Source of the DNA: Candidatus Thalassarchaeaceae archaeon
GTDB lineage: Archaea > Thermoplasmatota > Poseidoniia > Poseidoniales > Thalassarchaeaceae
Reading direction: 5' to 3'
NCBI GenBank assembly: GCA_943841885.1
Contig: CALSZZ010000002.1
Span: forward strand, 28,262 to 92,261
DNA length: 64,000 nt
Of the stretch, positions 51,109-59,835 are shown piece after piece. The position numbers were made by a program, and so were the translations under genes. Each line of letters starts with the position of its first letter. The first letter of the stretch is position 1. Under the pieces are notes generated by a model, which was not told the DNA's origin, searched no databases, and saw only the letters and a program-made list of their open reading frames with translations.

Positions 51109-52014
51109 ATGAAGAAAGGGGAAGTAGTGCTCGGATGCCTAGCGCCACACCCTCCTCACTTGGTATATGCAGAGAATCCAGAACAGAATGAGCCTTTTTC
51201 TGAAGGAGGTTGGGAGACTCTAAGATGGGGGTATAATCGTCTTGCAAGAAAATTGAAAAAAGTTGATTATGATGTCATGGTTATCTTTACTCCTCATTGG
51301 GCAACTTATATTGGCACTCACTTCCTAGGGCTTCCTAAATTCAGTTCATTGTCTGTAGATCCTATTTTTCCTAATATTTTTAGGTATAAGTATGATTTAG
51401 ATGTAGACGTAGAATTAGCAGAAGAAATGCATAATGCTGCTTCTGAGGCCGGAATAATAACAAAAATGATGACTAATCCAGATTTCAGAATTGACTATGG
51501 GACAATTACAAGTTGCCACATGTTAAATCCAGAATGGGATAAGCCAATAATCACAATAAGTAGTAATCGAAATGCACATTATTATTCTGGAGAAGTTATG
51601 AATGAGCAGGCAAAAGCTCTGGGAGAGGCGTGCCTAAAGGCAATAGAGAAAAGTGGCAAAAAGGTAGTTCTTGTCAGTAGCCACAGTCTTTCACACCGAC
51701 ATTTTGTCACGGAATCTCCATTACCTGAAGATATGAGTAGAGAACACATATACAATCATAGTCAATATGTTTGGGATATGAAAATGATTAAAATGATGAG
51801 AGATGGTAAAATGAAGGAAGTTATTGATATTATGCCAGAGTATACTGAACAAACAATAGCTGAAACAGAAGCTGGAGGATTATCATGGATGATGGCTGCT
51901 ATGGGTCTCCCCGATTATCCTGCTGAAATTTATGGTTATCAATCAGTAATAGGTACCGGAAACGCTGTAATTGCATGGGATCCTAACTCTAAAACAAGAG
52001 AAATAGTTCTGTGA
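51109..52014 (+). CDS. amnB: 2-aminophenol 1,6-dioxygenase beta (catalytic) subunit-like, LigB family
   Basis: LAPHPPHLVYAENPEQNEP..GGWE.LRW, PHW, SVDPIFPN, DYGT, LSH, AE, VIGTGNAV resemble AmnB/CnbCb throughout; likely start ATG 51109. Confidence 0.88.
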   Translation: MKKGEVVLGCLAPHPPHLVYAENPEQNEPFSEGGWETLRWGYNRLARKLKKVDYDVMVIFTPHWATYIGTHFLGLPKFSSLSVDPIFPNIFRYKYDLDVDVELAEEMHNAASEAGIITKMMTNPDFRIDYGTITSCHMLNPEWDKPIITISSNRNAHYYSGEVMNEQAKALGEACLKAIEKSGKKVVLVSSHSLSHRHFVTESPLPEDMSREHIYNHSQYVWDMKMIKMMRDGKMKEVIDIMPEYTEQTIAETEAGGLSWMMAAMGLPDYPAEIYGYQSVIGTGNAVIAWDPNSKTREIVL

Positions 52015-52017
52015 GGT

Positions 52018-52950
52018 TTGAATATGGACAATGACCAAAATGTTTTATTTGGAATTTATTGCCCCCCTCATCCTCACCCCTTACTCGCTCCAGAGTTAAA
52101 TAATGGGTATAAAAATCTTAGAAATGCATATGATAATTTAAGGGATAAAATACAGGCTAGCGGCGCGGATATAATTTTGATTTATTCTACAACATGGCCA
52201 AGTATTGTCGGCCACCAAATCCAAGCCCACCCAGAGCCAGAGTGGACACATGTGGATGATGATTTTCATTACTTGGGAAGTATGCCTTATAAATTCAATA
52301 TAGACACTGAATTCGCTCATGCTTACCGTGATGCTGCAGAATCTAGGGGGCTACATTCGAGGACCGTTGCATATGATGGTTTCCCGATAGACACTGGTTC
52401 AGTTGTAGCATTATCACTGCTTAATCCAGATAATAATATTCCTGCTTGTATAGTTTCTAGTAATATGTACTCAAATAGGTCTGAAACAATGGTACTTGGT
52501 AAAGCTGCGAGGGATGCATTGTCTAATCAAGGAAAGAAGGCAGTAGTGGTAGTCGTTGCAAGTTTGTCCAATAGAATGTTCACAGAACACATAAACCCAA
52601 GAGATGATAAAATACATAGCCCAAAAGATGACGAGTGGAATAAGAAAATTTTAGAATTTTTTAGAGATGGAAGACTCGAAGACCTTAGCCAATTATCTAG
52701 AGATATTCACGGGCAAATTAGAATTCAGAAAGTAGCCGCATACAAACCAGTTTGGTGGATGGCGGCAACAATGGGGCAGCATAACAACTACATAGGGGAA
52801 GTTCTTGCTTATGAGCCCCTCCATGGTTCAGGAGGTGCCGTAATTCAACTAACTCCTTCAAATGAATCATTCGGAGATAAAGAATTTGATGAAGATGATG
52901 TAGAATATTATCATGGAGATCGAAATGTTCTTGATAGAGGGAATTTGTAA
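52018..52950 (+). CDS. amnA: 2-aminophenol 1,6-dioxygenase alpha (non-catalytic) subunit-like
   Basis: IYSTTW, HVDDDFH, YDGFPIDTG, SLS; metal-binding His of PHW/LSH lost; directly follows amnB. Confidence 0.82.
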   Translation: MNMDNDQNVLFGIYCPPHPHPLLAPELNNGYKNLRNAYDNLRDKIQASGADIILIYSTTWPSIVGHQIQAHPEPEWTHVDDDFHYLGSMPYKFNIDTEFAHAYRDAAESRGLHSRTVAYDGFPIDTGSVVALSLLNPDNNIPACIVSSNMYSNRSETMVLGKAARDALSNQGKKAVVVVVASLSNRMFTEHINPRDDKIHSPKDDEWNKKILEFFRDGRLEDLSQLSRDIHGQIRIQKVAAYKPVWWMAATMGQHNNYIGEVLAYEPLHGSGGAVIQLTPSNESFGDKEFDEDDVEYYHGDRNVLDRGNL

Positions 52951-53594
52951 TGCATAGTCAAGATGATATGCCAAATAATACTGATGAAGATATCATAGAT
53001 AAAGTAATCTCTGCACCTTCAGATGTCATTGAAAAATTATACGAAGAATTAGGCCCTTCGATGGTAAGTTCAGCGGGTAGTGCATTAGGTGCTACGGCAG
53101 GAGGGTTGGCCGGCGGACCGGTAGGCGTTGCTATTGGTTCAGTAGTTGGTAAGAAGGTAGCAGGAAAATTAACTTCAAATAATGGATATTTTATCGCTGA
53201 ATCAGGACCTTCTGCTGTCGGTTCTTATCCGCATCTTCATAGAGTTGGTGATTTAATTTTTGTTAGCGGAATAGGTCCCAGATCGCCTGAAACAAATGAA
53301 ATAATTGGTGGTCCGGTTCGAGATTCAGATGGTAAAAAATTAGATTATGATATTAAAGCCCAAACCAGATCTGTAATTGAAAATATCCGACTAATTTTGG
53401 AAGAGTACGGCTCGAGTCTAGAAAATGTAGTAGATGTTTATTCAATGTTGATTGATATGGATAGAGATTTTAAAGGATATAACGAAGTATATGCTGAGTA
53501 TTTCTCAGAAATAATGCCAGCGCGAACAACTTGTGCTGTTACAGCATTACCAACTCCCATTGCAGTTGAACTAAAGGTAATTGCAAAGGCATAA
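52950..53594 (+). CDS. RidA/YjgF-family deaminase (2-aminomuconate deaminase-like) with N-terminal glycine-zipper extension
   Basis: GSYPH..RVGDLIFVSGIGPR, QTRSVIENI, YNEVYAEYF, PARTT, LPTPIAVELK; TAATG coupling to amnA. Confidence 0.85.
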   Translation: MHSQDDMPNNTDEDIIDKVISAPSDVIEKLYEELGPSMVSSAGSALGATAGGLAGGPVGVAIGSVVGKKVAGKLTSNNGYFIAESGPSAVGSYPHLHRVGDLIFVSGIGPRSPETNEIIGGPVRDSDGKKLDYDIKAQTRSVIENIRLILEEYGSSLENVVDVYSMLIDMDRDFKGYNEVYAEYFSEIMPARTTCAVTALPTPIAVELKVIAKA

Positions 53595-53624
53595 CTTCAA
53601 ATTTATCCTTCCTCTCCTCAATTC

Positions 53625-55301
53625 ATGGTAAGACTTTCTCCCAGTGACGTACTTGGAATAGTTTTACAGCCGATAGATAAAGTATCGGAAACGTTGGAAA
53701 GAAAATTAGGATTATTTTCTGTAGTCATCCTTTCCTTATCGGCAATGCTCGGTAGCGGCCTTTTTGTCCTCCCTTCCCTTGCTATGATGGAGTTGGGAGG
53801 GGGAGAGTCTCCTTTAGGTGGTATCTGGTTAGCATATTTATTTGCAGGTTTGGTAATTCTACCTGGTGCAATTTCAAAATCAGAACTCGCTTCGGCCATG
53901 CCTTCCTCAGGTGGTGCATATGTGTACATCGAAAAAACATTTGGCCCCATTATTGGTACTATTTCCGGTTTAGGATTATGGGCTAACTTCATGCTTAAAT
54001 CAGCATTCGCTCTAATTGGATTTAGAGCATATTTATGGGTTTTAGAAGGCATTCTAGAAATTTCTATAAATCTAGATTATGCTGTGATGATTATGTTATC
54101 ATTAATTGTTGGAATAAATATTTTAGGTGCTAAAAGTATTAAGAAAGTACAAACCCCAGTAGTATTAATTTCAGTAGGATATCTTTTATGTGTTTGTTTC
54201 TGGGCTTTAGCAACATCGGAACTAAATTGGGATGCAGCAATATCTAGAGAATCTTTAGGCGCTGATTGGCATAGTTTTTCTTCAACTGCTGCATTAGTCT
54301 TTGTTTCATATATAGGTGTTACAAAAGTTGCCGCTGTAGGGGGAGAAATTAAGAAACCAGGTAAAAATATGCCATATGGAATCTTAATTTCATTACTTTT
54401 CAGTATAATTTTGTATGTTTTCGTTACTCTAACTATGGTCATTACCGTTGATCCGATTAATTATGTTGAAAATGGACACTCTAGAGAAGATCCTATCTAT
54501 ATTTTTGCATTGGAAGCAGGCGGCAAGACTGTTGGTGTAATAGCCGCTACTTTCGCTGCAATTACTGTAGTTTCTGGAGCCCTTGCCGGCATTATGGCTG
54601 CATCACGCTTTCTATTTGCAATGGCGCGAGATAATCTATTGCCAGCTTTCCTAGAAGATGTTCATGGGAGATTCGAAACTCCTCATTGGGCAATAATTGT
54701 AACTGGACTTTCTATGGCTGCCGCAATACTTTTTTTACCTGTACATGATGTTGCAGAACTTGCTTCCGGATTCAATATAATGGTATTCATCGTGATTAAT
54801 ACTTGTGTTTTAGTTTTGAGGACATCTGCAAAATCTCATTGGTATGATCCTGCATGGAAATCCCCATTTTTTCCCTTCATACAAATTTTTGGAATATTAG
54901 GTGGTTTAATATTAATTTATGCAATGGGAATGAAGGCAGTTATAGGAGGTGCTTCAGCAATAATAATTGGCATAATAATTTACCAGTTTTACGGTAAGAG
55001 ATTTGTCAAAGAGGAAATAACTCCTTGGGATACATTCCGTTTGATGCTTGTAAATCCAGATGAAGTTGAACATCGCCGAAGATGGGCTGCATTCCATGCT
55101 GCTGATACAGAAGGTACAAATCACCTAAATCTTAATGAGTTCATTGCGGCAATGTCTGCACTAGGATATTTTGATTCTGATGATGAACAAAAATTCACTA
55201 TTTTGAGGGAATATTTTCACAAAGCAGATGAAGACGATAATGGAATAATTGATATTGACGAATTCTTGTCTTATATTGAAGAAACTACATTTCAGGATTA
55301 G
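53625..55301 (+). CDS. APC-family amino acid permease with C-terminal EF-hand pair
   Basis: AMLGSGLF, SELASAMP..GGAY, FVSYIG, GEIKKP, SRFLFAMARD; EF loops DTEGTNHLNLNE and DEDDNGIIDIDE. Confidence 0.88.
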   Translation: MVRLSPSDVLGIVLQPIDKVSETLERKLGLFSVVILSLSAMLGSGLFVLPSLAMMELGGGESPLGGIWLAYLFAGLVILPGAISKSELASAMPSSGGAYVYIEKTFGPIIGTISGLGLWANFMLKSAFALIGFRAYLWVLEGILEISINLDYAVMIMLSLIVGINILGAKSIKKVQTPVVLISVGYLLCVCFWALATSELNWDAAISRESLGADWHSFSSTAALVFVSYIGVTKVAAVGGEIKKPGKNMPYGILISLLFSIILYVFVTLTMVITVDPINYVENGHSREDPIYIFALEAGGKTVGVIAATFAAITVVSGALAGIMAASRFLFAMARDNLLPAFLEDVHGRFETPHWAIIVTGLSMAAAILFLPVHDVAELASGFNIMVFIVINTCVLVLRTSAKSHWYDPAWKSPFFPFIQIFGILGGLILIYAMGMKAVIGGASAIIIGIIIYQFYGKRFVKEEITPWDTFRLMLVNPDEVEHRRRWAAFHAADTEGTNHLNLNEFIAAMSALGYFDSDDEQKFTILREYFHKADEDDNGIIDIDEFLSYIEETTFQD

Positions 55302-55355
55302 AGATATAAGCGCGTAGTTGAAGTCATCAACCTCCTAGCATCTATTCGAGTAGTC

Positions 55356-56171
55356 ATGACAATAGCGAGTCGAGCAAAAAAAGTAACTACCCATACTCTT
55401 CAAGAAATGAAGCAGGTAGGTGAAAAAATAACAATGCTAACGTCTTATGACTATTCTTTAGCACGTCTTGTAGATGGGGCAGGAATAGATGTTATTTTGG
55501 TTGGTGATTCTGCATCGAATGTTATGGCAGGAAATGATACAACAGTTCCAATAACTCTTGATCATATGATATATCATGCACAGTGTGTAGTAAAGGCAGT
55601 TGATAGAGCACTTGTCGTTGTTGATATGCCATTTGGAACTTATCAAGGTGATTCAAAAAATGCTTTAGACTCTGCAATAAGAATTATGAAAGAAACAGGA
55701 GGGCATGCTGTAAAGCTAGAAGGAGGCACTGAAATATTAGATTCAGTAAAGAGAATAATGACTGCTGGAATCCCAGTGATGGGCCATTTAGGATTAACTC
55801 CACAGTCAATATACAAATTTGGGACATATACTGTGAGGGCCAAAGAAGATTTAGAAGCATCCAGGTTATTAGCCGATGCGAAAGCATTGGAAGAGGCCGG
55901 ATGTTTTTCAATCGTATTTGAAAAAATTCCTGCAGATTTAGCTGAGAAAGTTACCAAACAACTGAGTATACCTACTATAGGAATTGGGGCGGGGGTAGAA
56001 TGTGATGGTCAAGTTTTGGTTTTACATGACATGCTTGGTATAACTAAAGACTTCAGCCCCCGTTTTCTTCGCCGATATGCAGATTTAGGCACAATCATAG
56101 ACTCTTCAGTTAAGTCATACATAAAAGATGTAAGAAATTCAGATTTTCCAAATAAAGACGAGGAATATTAA
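55356..56171 (+). CDS. panB: 3-methyl-2-oxobutanoate hydroxymethyltransferase
   Basis: [45 protein letters not shown]. Confidence 0.97.
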   Translation: MTIASRAKKVTTHTLQEMKQVGEKITMLTSYDYSLARLVDGAGIDVILVGDSASNVMAGNDTTVPITLDHMIYHAQCVVKAVDRALVVVDMPFGTYQGDSKNALDSAIRIMKETGGHAVKLEGGTEILDSVKRIMTAGIPVMGHLGLTPQSIYKFGTYTVRAKEDLEASRLLADAKALEEAGCFSIVFEKIPADLAEKVTKQLSIPTIGIGAGVECDGQVLVLHDMLGITKDFSPRFLRRYADLGTIIDSSVKSYIKDVRNSDFPNKDEEY

Positions 56172-56213
56172 AGAAAATTTGATTAAAATATTTTATAGTG
56201 AGGGAAAATTAAC

Positions 56214-57164
56214 ATGAGTGAATTATGGGTCGAAAGATATCGCCCTAGTACTGTGTCCGAGATTAAGGGCCAACAGGCTGTAGTTGCGAGATTAACTGCA
56301 TATTCCTCAAAGAAAACCTTCCCCCATCTTTTATTTGCAGGGCCACCGGGTACTGGTAAAACTACTGCTGCATTGGCGCTAACCAGAGATGTTTTTGGTA
56401 CAGACTTTCGTCGAAATATTCTAGAAATGAATGCTAGTGATGAAAGGAAATTAGAATCAATAAGAACAAAAGTAAAACAATTTGCTAGAACTGCCCCAAG
56501 TCCAGGTACAACATTCAAGGTGATTTTTCTTGATGAAGCAGATGCCCTAACGCCAGATGCCCAAGGTGCCTTACGTAGGATTATGGAACAGAATTCAGAA
56601 ACATGTAGATTCATATTATCATGTAATTATTCTTCAAAAATTATTGAACCTATCCAGTCAAGATGCGCAGTATTCAGATTTCGCCCCTTAGACAAAGAAC
56701 AAATATTGGAAAGAATCTCAGTCGTTGCAAACAATGAGGGTATAAAAATTGAAGAACAAGCTGCAGATGCTATAGCAAAAGTAAGCTTAGGTGATCTAAG
56801 AAAAGCCATAACTTCACTACAAGTAGCTGCATCTTTAGATTCAAATGTCACCAGAGATTTAGTTTATGAGACTACGGCGACCGCACCTCCTGAACAACTA
56901 CATCGTTTTTTCTTATCTTGTAAAGAAGATGGTTTCCAACCTGCTCGAAGAAGATTGAGAGATATTTTAAATAATTTTGGCCTTGCAGGAACTGATTTTG
57001 TGAATCAATTACATCGTGAATTGAGTACAGTATCGTTCTTAGATGAAGTTCAAAAGCTAGCAATAACAGAGATTATGGCTGAGACCGATTTTAGGATGGT
57101 TGAAGGAGGAGGGGAATCTCTACAACTAGATGCCATGACTGCTAAAATTTGTTCAATATTTTAG
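56214..57164 (+). CDS. rfcS: Replication factor C small subunit
   Basis: LWVERYRP, GPPGTGKT, EMNASDER, LDEAD, IQSRC, GDLRKAI. Confidence 0.96.
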   Translation: MSELWVERYRPSTVSEIKGQQAVVARLTAYSSKKTFPHLLFAGPPGTGKTTAALALTRDVFGTDFRRNILEMNASDERKLESIRTKVKQFARTAPSPGTTFKVIFLDEADALTPDAQGALRRIMEQNSETCRFILSCNYSSKIIEPIQSRCAVFRFRPLDKEQILERISVVANNEGIKIEEQAADAIAKVSLGDLRKAITSLQVAASLDSNVTRDLVYETTATAPPEQLHRFFLSCKEDGFQPARRRLRDILNNFGLAGTDFVNQLHRELSTVSFLDEVQKLAITEIMAETDFRMVEGGGESLQLDAMTAKICSIF

Positions 57165-58112
57165 TTACATACTCTCTGTCTGAATTAATTTCAACGTAAT
57201 AGTCTTCGACCACGTATTGACTCCAAAAGGTTCAACATGATCTTCATCTTCCATTATTTCTATAAAAATTTCATATTCTCCTAAATTAACATTATCTTTA
57301 TTCATTTGTTCAGCTAAATTCCATGCCATGCCAATATCTTTAGTATTTGATGCAACTTTGGGAAATCCTGTATTTTCTTTTTTGATATTTGTCGCCTCTC
57401 CTCTAGTCCAATTTTCAACAGAATTGAACTTATCTATGGCTTCTATTTGTAGAATAACAGTACCATTGGCTAAAATAATCGGCTCACTAAGGGAATTATG
57501 ATTTAAAGTAACTAAGATTTTAGCATTCTCTGCGTCAACATTATCTCTTACCGCCATACCAAAAACAATATTCGCAGTATCTTCTCTCAGATTTATTTGA
57601 TAGATATCATCATCCCATGAGTAACCAATTATTGCACTATCATCAATATTTTCTATGTCTATTCCTGAAGCCAAGGTAGGGGGGGCAATATCTGCTAAAG
57701 GAGGGTTAAGAAGTAAAAATGAAAGAGCCAACCAAGAAAAAAGAAATAGAAAACTACTCCTAAACCAATTACCTCTTGTGTATAGTTCACTGTATTTATT
57801 TGGTATTAGTATCTTGTGAAGAGAGGGTACTGTTGCTGTCAACATAACAGGTAGAAGCCATATTATTCCTTCCATGGATTCTTGGGTCGGCATGAAAAGA
57901 TATCTCATCACAAATGCTATCATAAATCCATAAATGATTACAAGCCACATAGAAAAAGCATCTGCTACTTCCTTTGTTGCATGAACTTGAGGGTCAAATG
58001 GTTCCAATCCTTTCTTTGATGAATCTTTATTTTCACCTTCACCGCGTTTATTTCTCTTTCCGGAATAAGCGCTGGCACGAAGTGCAGAGTCTATATCTAC
58101 CATACTTTTCAT
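57165..58112 (-). CDS. Hypothetical membrane protein (3 TM + extracellular domain)
   Basis: 315-aa ORF; three hydrophobic helices then an acidic beta-rich region. Confidence 0.7.
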   Translation of the reverse strand: MKSMVDIDSALRASAYSGKRNKRGEGENKDSSKKGLEPFDPQVHATKEVADAFSMWLVIIYGFMIAFVMRYLFMPTQESMEGIIWLLPVMLTATVPSLHKILIPNKYSELYTRGNWFRSSFLFLFSWLALSFLLLNPPLADIAPPTLASGIDIENIDDSAIIGYSWDDDIYQINLREDTANIVFGMAVRDNVDAENAKILVTLNHNSLSEPIILANGTVILQIEAIDKFNSVENWTRGEATNIKKENTGFPKVASNTKDIGMAWNLAEQMNKDNVNLGEYEIFIEIMEDEDHVEPFGVNTWSKTITLKLIQTESM

Positions 58113-58217
58113 CTTGATGCGGAGATAACTAACACATCAACCCTATGCTAGAGTAGTAATTATTTTCACCTACTCGGGGCGAACGCTCAAATGGTGTTTT
58201 TGAGTGGCCATCATATC

Positions 58218-58369
58218 GCCGGGGTGGCGTAGTTGGTAGCGCGTCGGACTCATAGGGTATTTTTTACTAGAGAAAACTCTCTAGCAAATCTGATGATGAG
58301 CGTAACATAGCCCCTTAGTATGTCTGAGACATCCGAAGGTCGCGGGTTCAAGTCCCGCTCCCGGCACCA
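58218..58369 (+). tRNA. Elongator tRNA-Met (CAT) with 76-nt intron at 37/38 (58255-58330), CCA encoded
   Basis: Acceptor GCCGGGG/TCCCGGC; anticodon stem TCGGA/TCCGA; T arm GCGGG-TTCAAGT-CCCGC; BHB with CTCA:TGAG helix and bulges TA^G and AC^A. Ile2(CAT) is not strictly excluded. Confidence 0.92.
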
Positions 58370-58458
58370 CATAATCTGATTTAAAAAATAATTATTTTTA
58401 ATCAATTAGTAGTATTTCCTACGAGTTGTTCATGGAGTAGGTACATAGCCGACATCCA

Positions 58459-59805
58459 ATGACTGATTGGCCGGAACTGGGAACTTCTGTTCAACTAATT
58501 GTAAAAACATGGGCTGGAGATGGTGTTTACAAGGGAATAGTACTGCCAAATTCAGGGCCAAATCTTCTAACCATTAAACTACAAAATGGATACAATATTT
58601 CATTTCCAGAGTCCTATATCAAATCATTTGAAATCTTATCTAAATCTTCTGAAATGAAGTTAGTTAATGATGATGATCATATTCAAGATAAAACATTACC
58701 ATTAATATATTTAATTCATACTGGAGGAACTATTGCTAGTAAAGTAGATTATAGGACTGGTGCGGTCTCAGCTACTTTCGAGCCAAACGATCTTCTAAAT
58801 TCTATTCCCGAATTAAAAGGAATTGCACGAATAAAAGTCTTAAAATTAGGTAACATGTGGTCAGATGATCTGCGTCCAAGGCATTGGAATAAAATGTTAA
58901 AGGCAACCGAAAAAGCGTTTTCTGATGGTGCAAAAGGTATTGTCATAACTCATGGAACAGATACGCTCCATCTTTCCGCCGCGGCAATGGCATACGGATG
59001 GTCTGGCAACGGTGAAAGACCTCCGGGTAGAATTGTTCTGACTGGTTCACAACGTTCTCCTGACAGAGGGTCATCAGATGCAGCAGAGAATATCATCGCC
59101 TCTGTTATGTGGGCTGCAAATGGCCCACCGCCTTCTGGGTATCGAGATACATCTGTTGTTATCTTACATGCAAAATCCTCAGACGGTAATTGTGTGGTCC
59201 TACCTGGTTGTGCAAGTAGAAAATTTCATTCTTCAAGGAGAGATGCTTTTCAATCAATTAACCAAGATCCTTTAGCATATATTATGGTCAATAAAAAAGA
59301 AATAACAATTAAAATGAGTGATTTTGAACCCTTTGAAGCAAGATTTGAGTCATCCAAACCAAACTTATTCGACGAACAAATAAAAATTGCAGAATTTATT
59401 GCAGGGCCTCATTTACAAACCTCTCTTGTCCAATCAGCAATAAAATTAAATTTTAACGCTTTGTTATTCCATGGTACTGGTTTAGGCCATTTGCCCATTT
59501 CTGATCCAGAAGACGATAGTATAGAAAATATCAAACTTAGAACTACTTTGGAAGATTACTGTAATCAAGGAGGGATAGCAGTAGTAGTTGCACAAACCGT
59601 GCACGGCCAAGTAAATATGGATGTATATTCAAAAGGACGTCAACAACAAGAAATTGGAATATTAGGTCATAAATCTTATTGCCCTCCAGGTTCAGCTCTG
59701 GTGAAATTACACTATTTACTATCAACAGGTAAGGACAGAGAGTCTGTGAAAAATAAATGGATATTAGACCTTGTTGGAGAAAATCCCTCATTCTCTCTAG
59801 ACTAA
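58459..59805 (+). CDS. gatD: Glutamyl-tRNA(Gln) amidotransferase subunit D
   Basis: IKLQNGYNI N-domain, TGGTIASKVDYRTGAV, THGTDT, TGSQRSPDRGSSD, HSSRRDAF, GTGLGH. Confidence 0.93.
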   Translation: MTDWPELGTSVQLIVKTWAGDGVYKGIVLPNSGPNLLTIKLQNGYNISFPESYIKSFEILSKSSEMKLVNDDDHIQDKTLPLIYLIHTGGTIASKVDYRTGAVSATFEPNDLLNSIPELKGIARIKVLKLGNMWSDDLRPRHWNKMLKATEKAFSDGAKGIVITHGTDTLHLSAAAMAYGWSGNGERPPGRIVLTGSQRSPDRGSSDAAENIIASVMWAANGPPPSGYRDTSVVILHAKSSDGNCVVLPGCASRKFHSSRRDAFQSINQDPLAYIMVNKKEITIKMSDFEPFEARFESSKPNLFDEQIKIAEFIAGPHLQTSLVQSAIKLNFNALLFHGTGLGHLPISDPEDDSIENIKLRTTLEDYCNQGGIAVVVAQTVHGQVNMDVYSKGRQQQEIGILGHKSYCPPGSALVKLHYLLSTGKDRESVKNKWILDLVGENPSFSLD

Positions 59806-59835
59806 GATTTTAACCGTTTTAATGATGAACCTGCT

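Noticed and set aside
58294..58302. Intron ATGAG as a cis guide for methylating C34 of its own tRNA-Met
   Set aside because: Only 5 bp of complementarity, and it overlaps the putative box C rather than lying upstream of a D box
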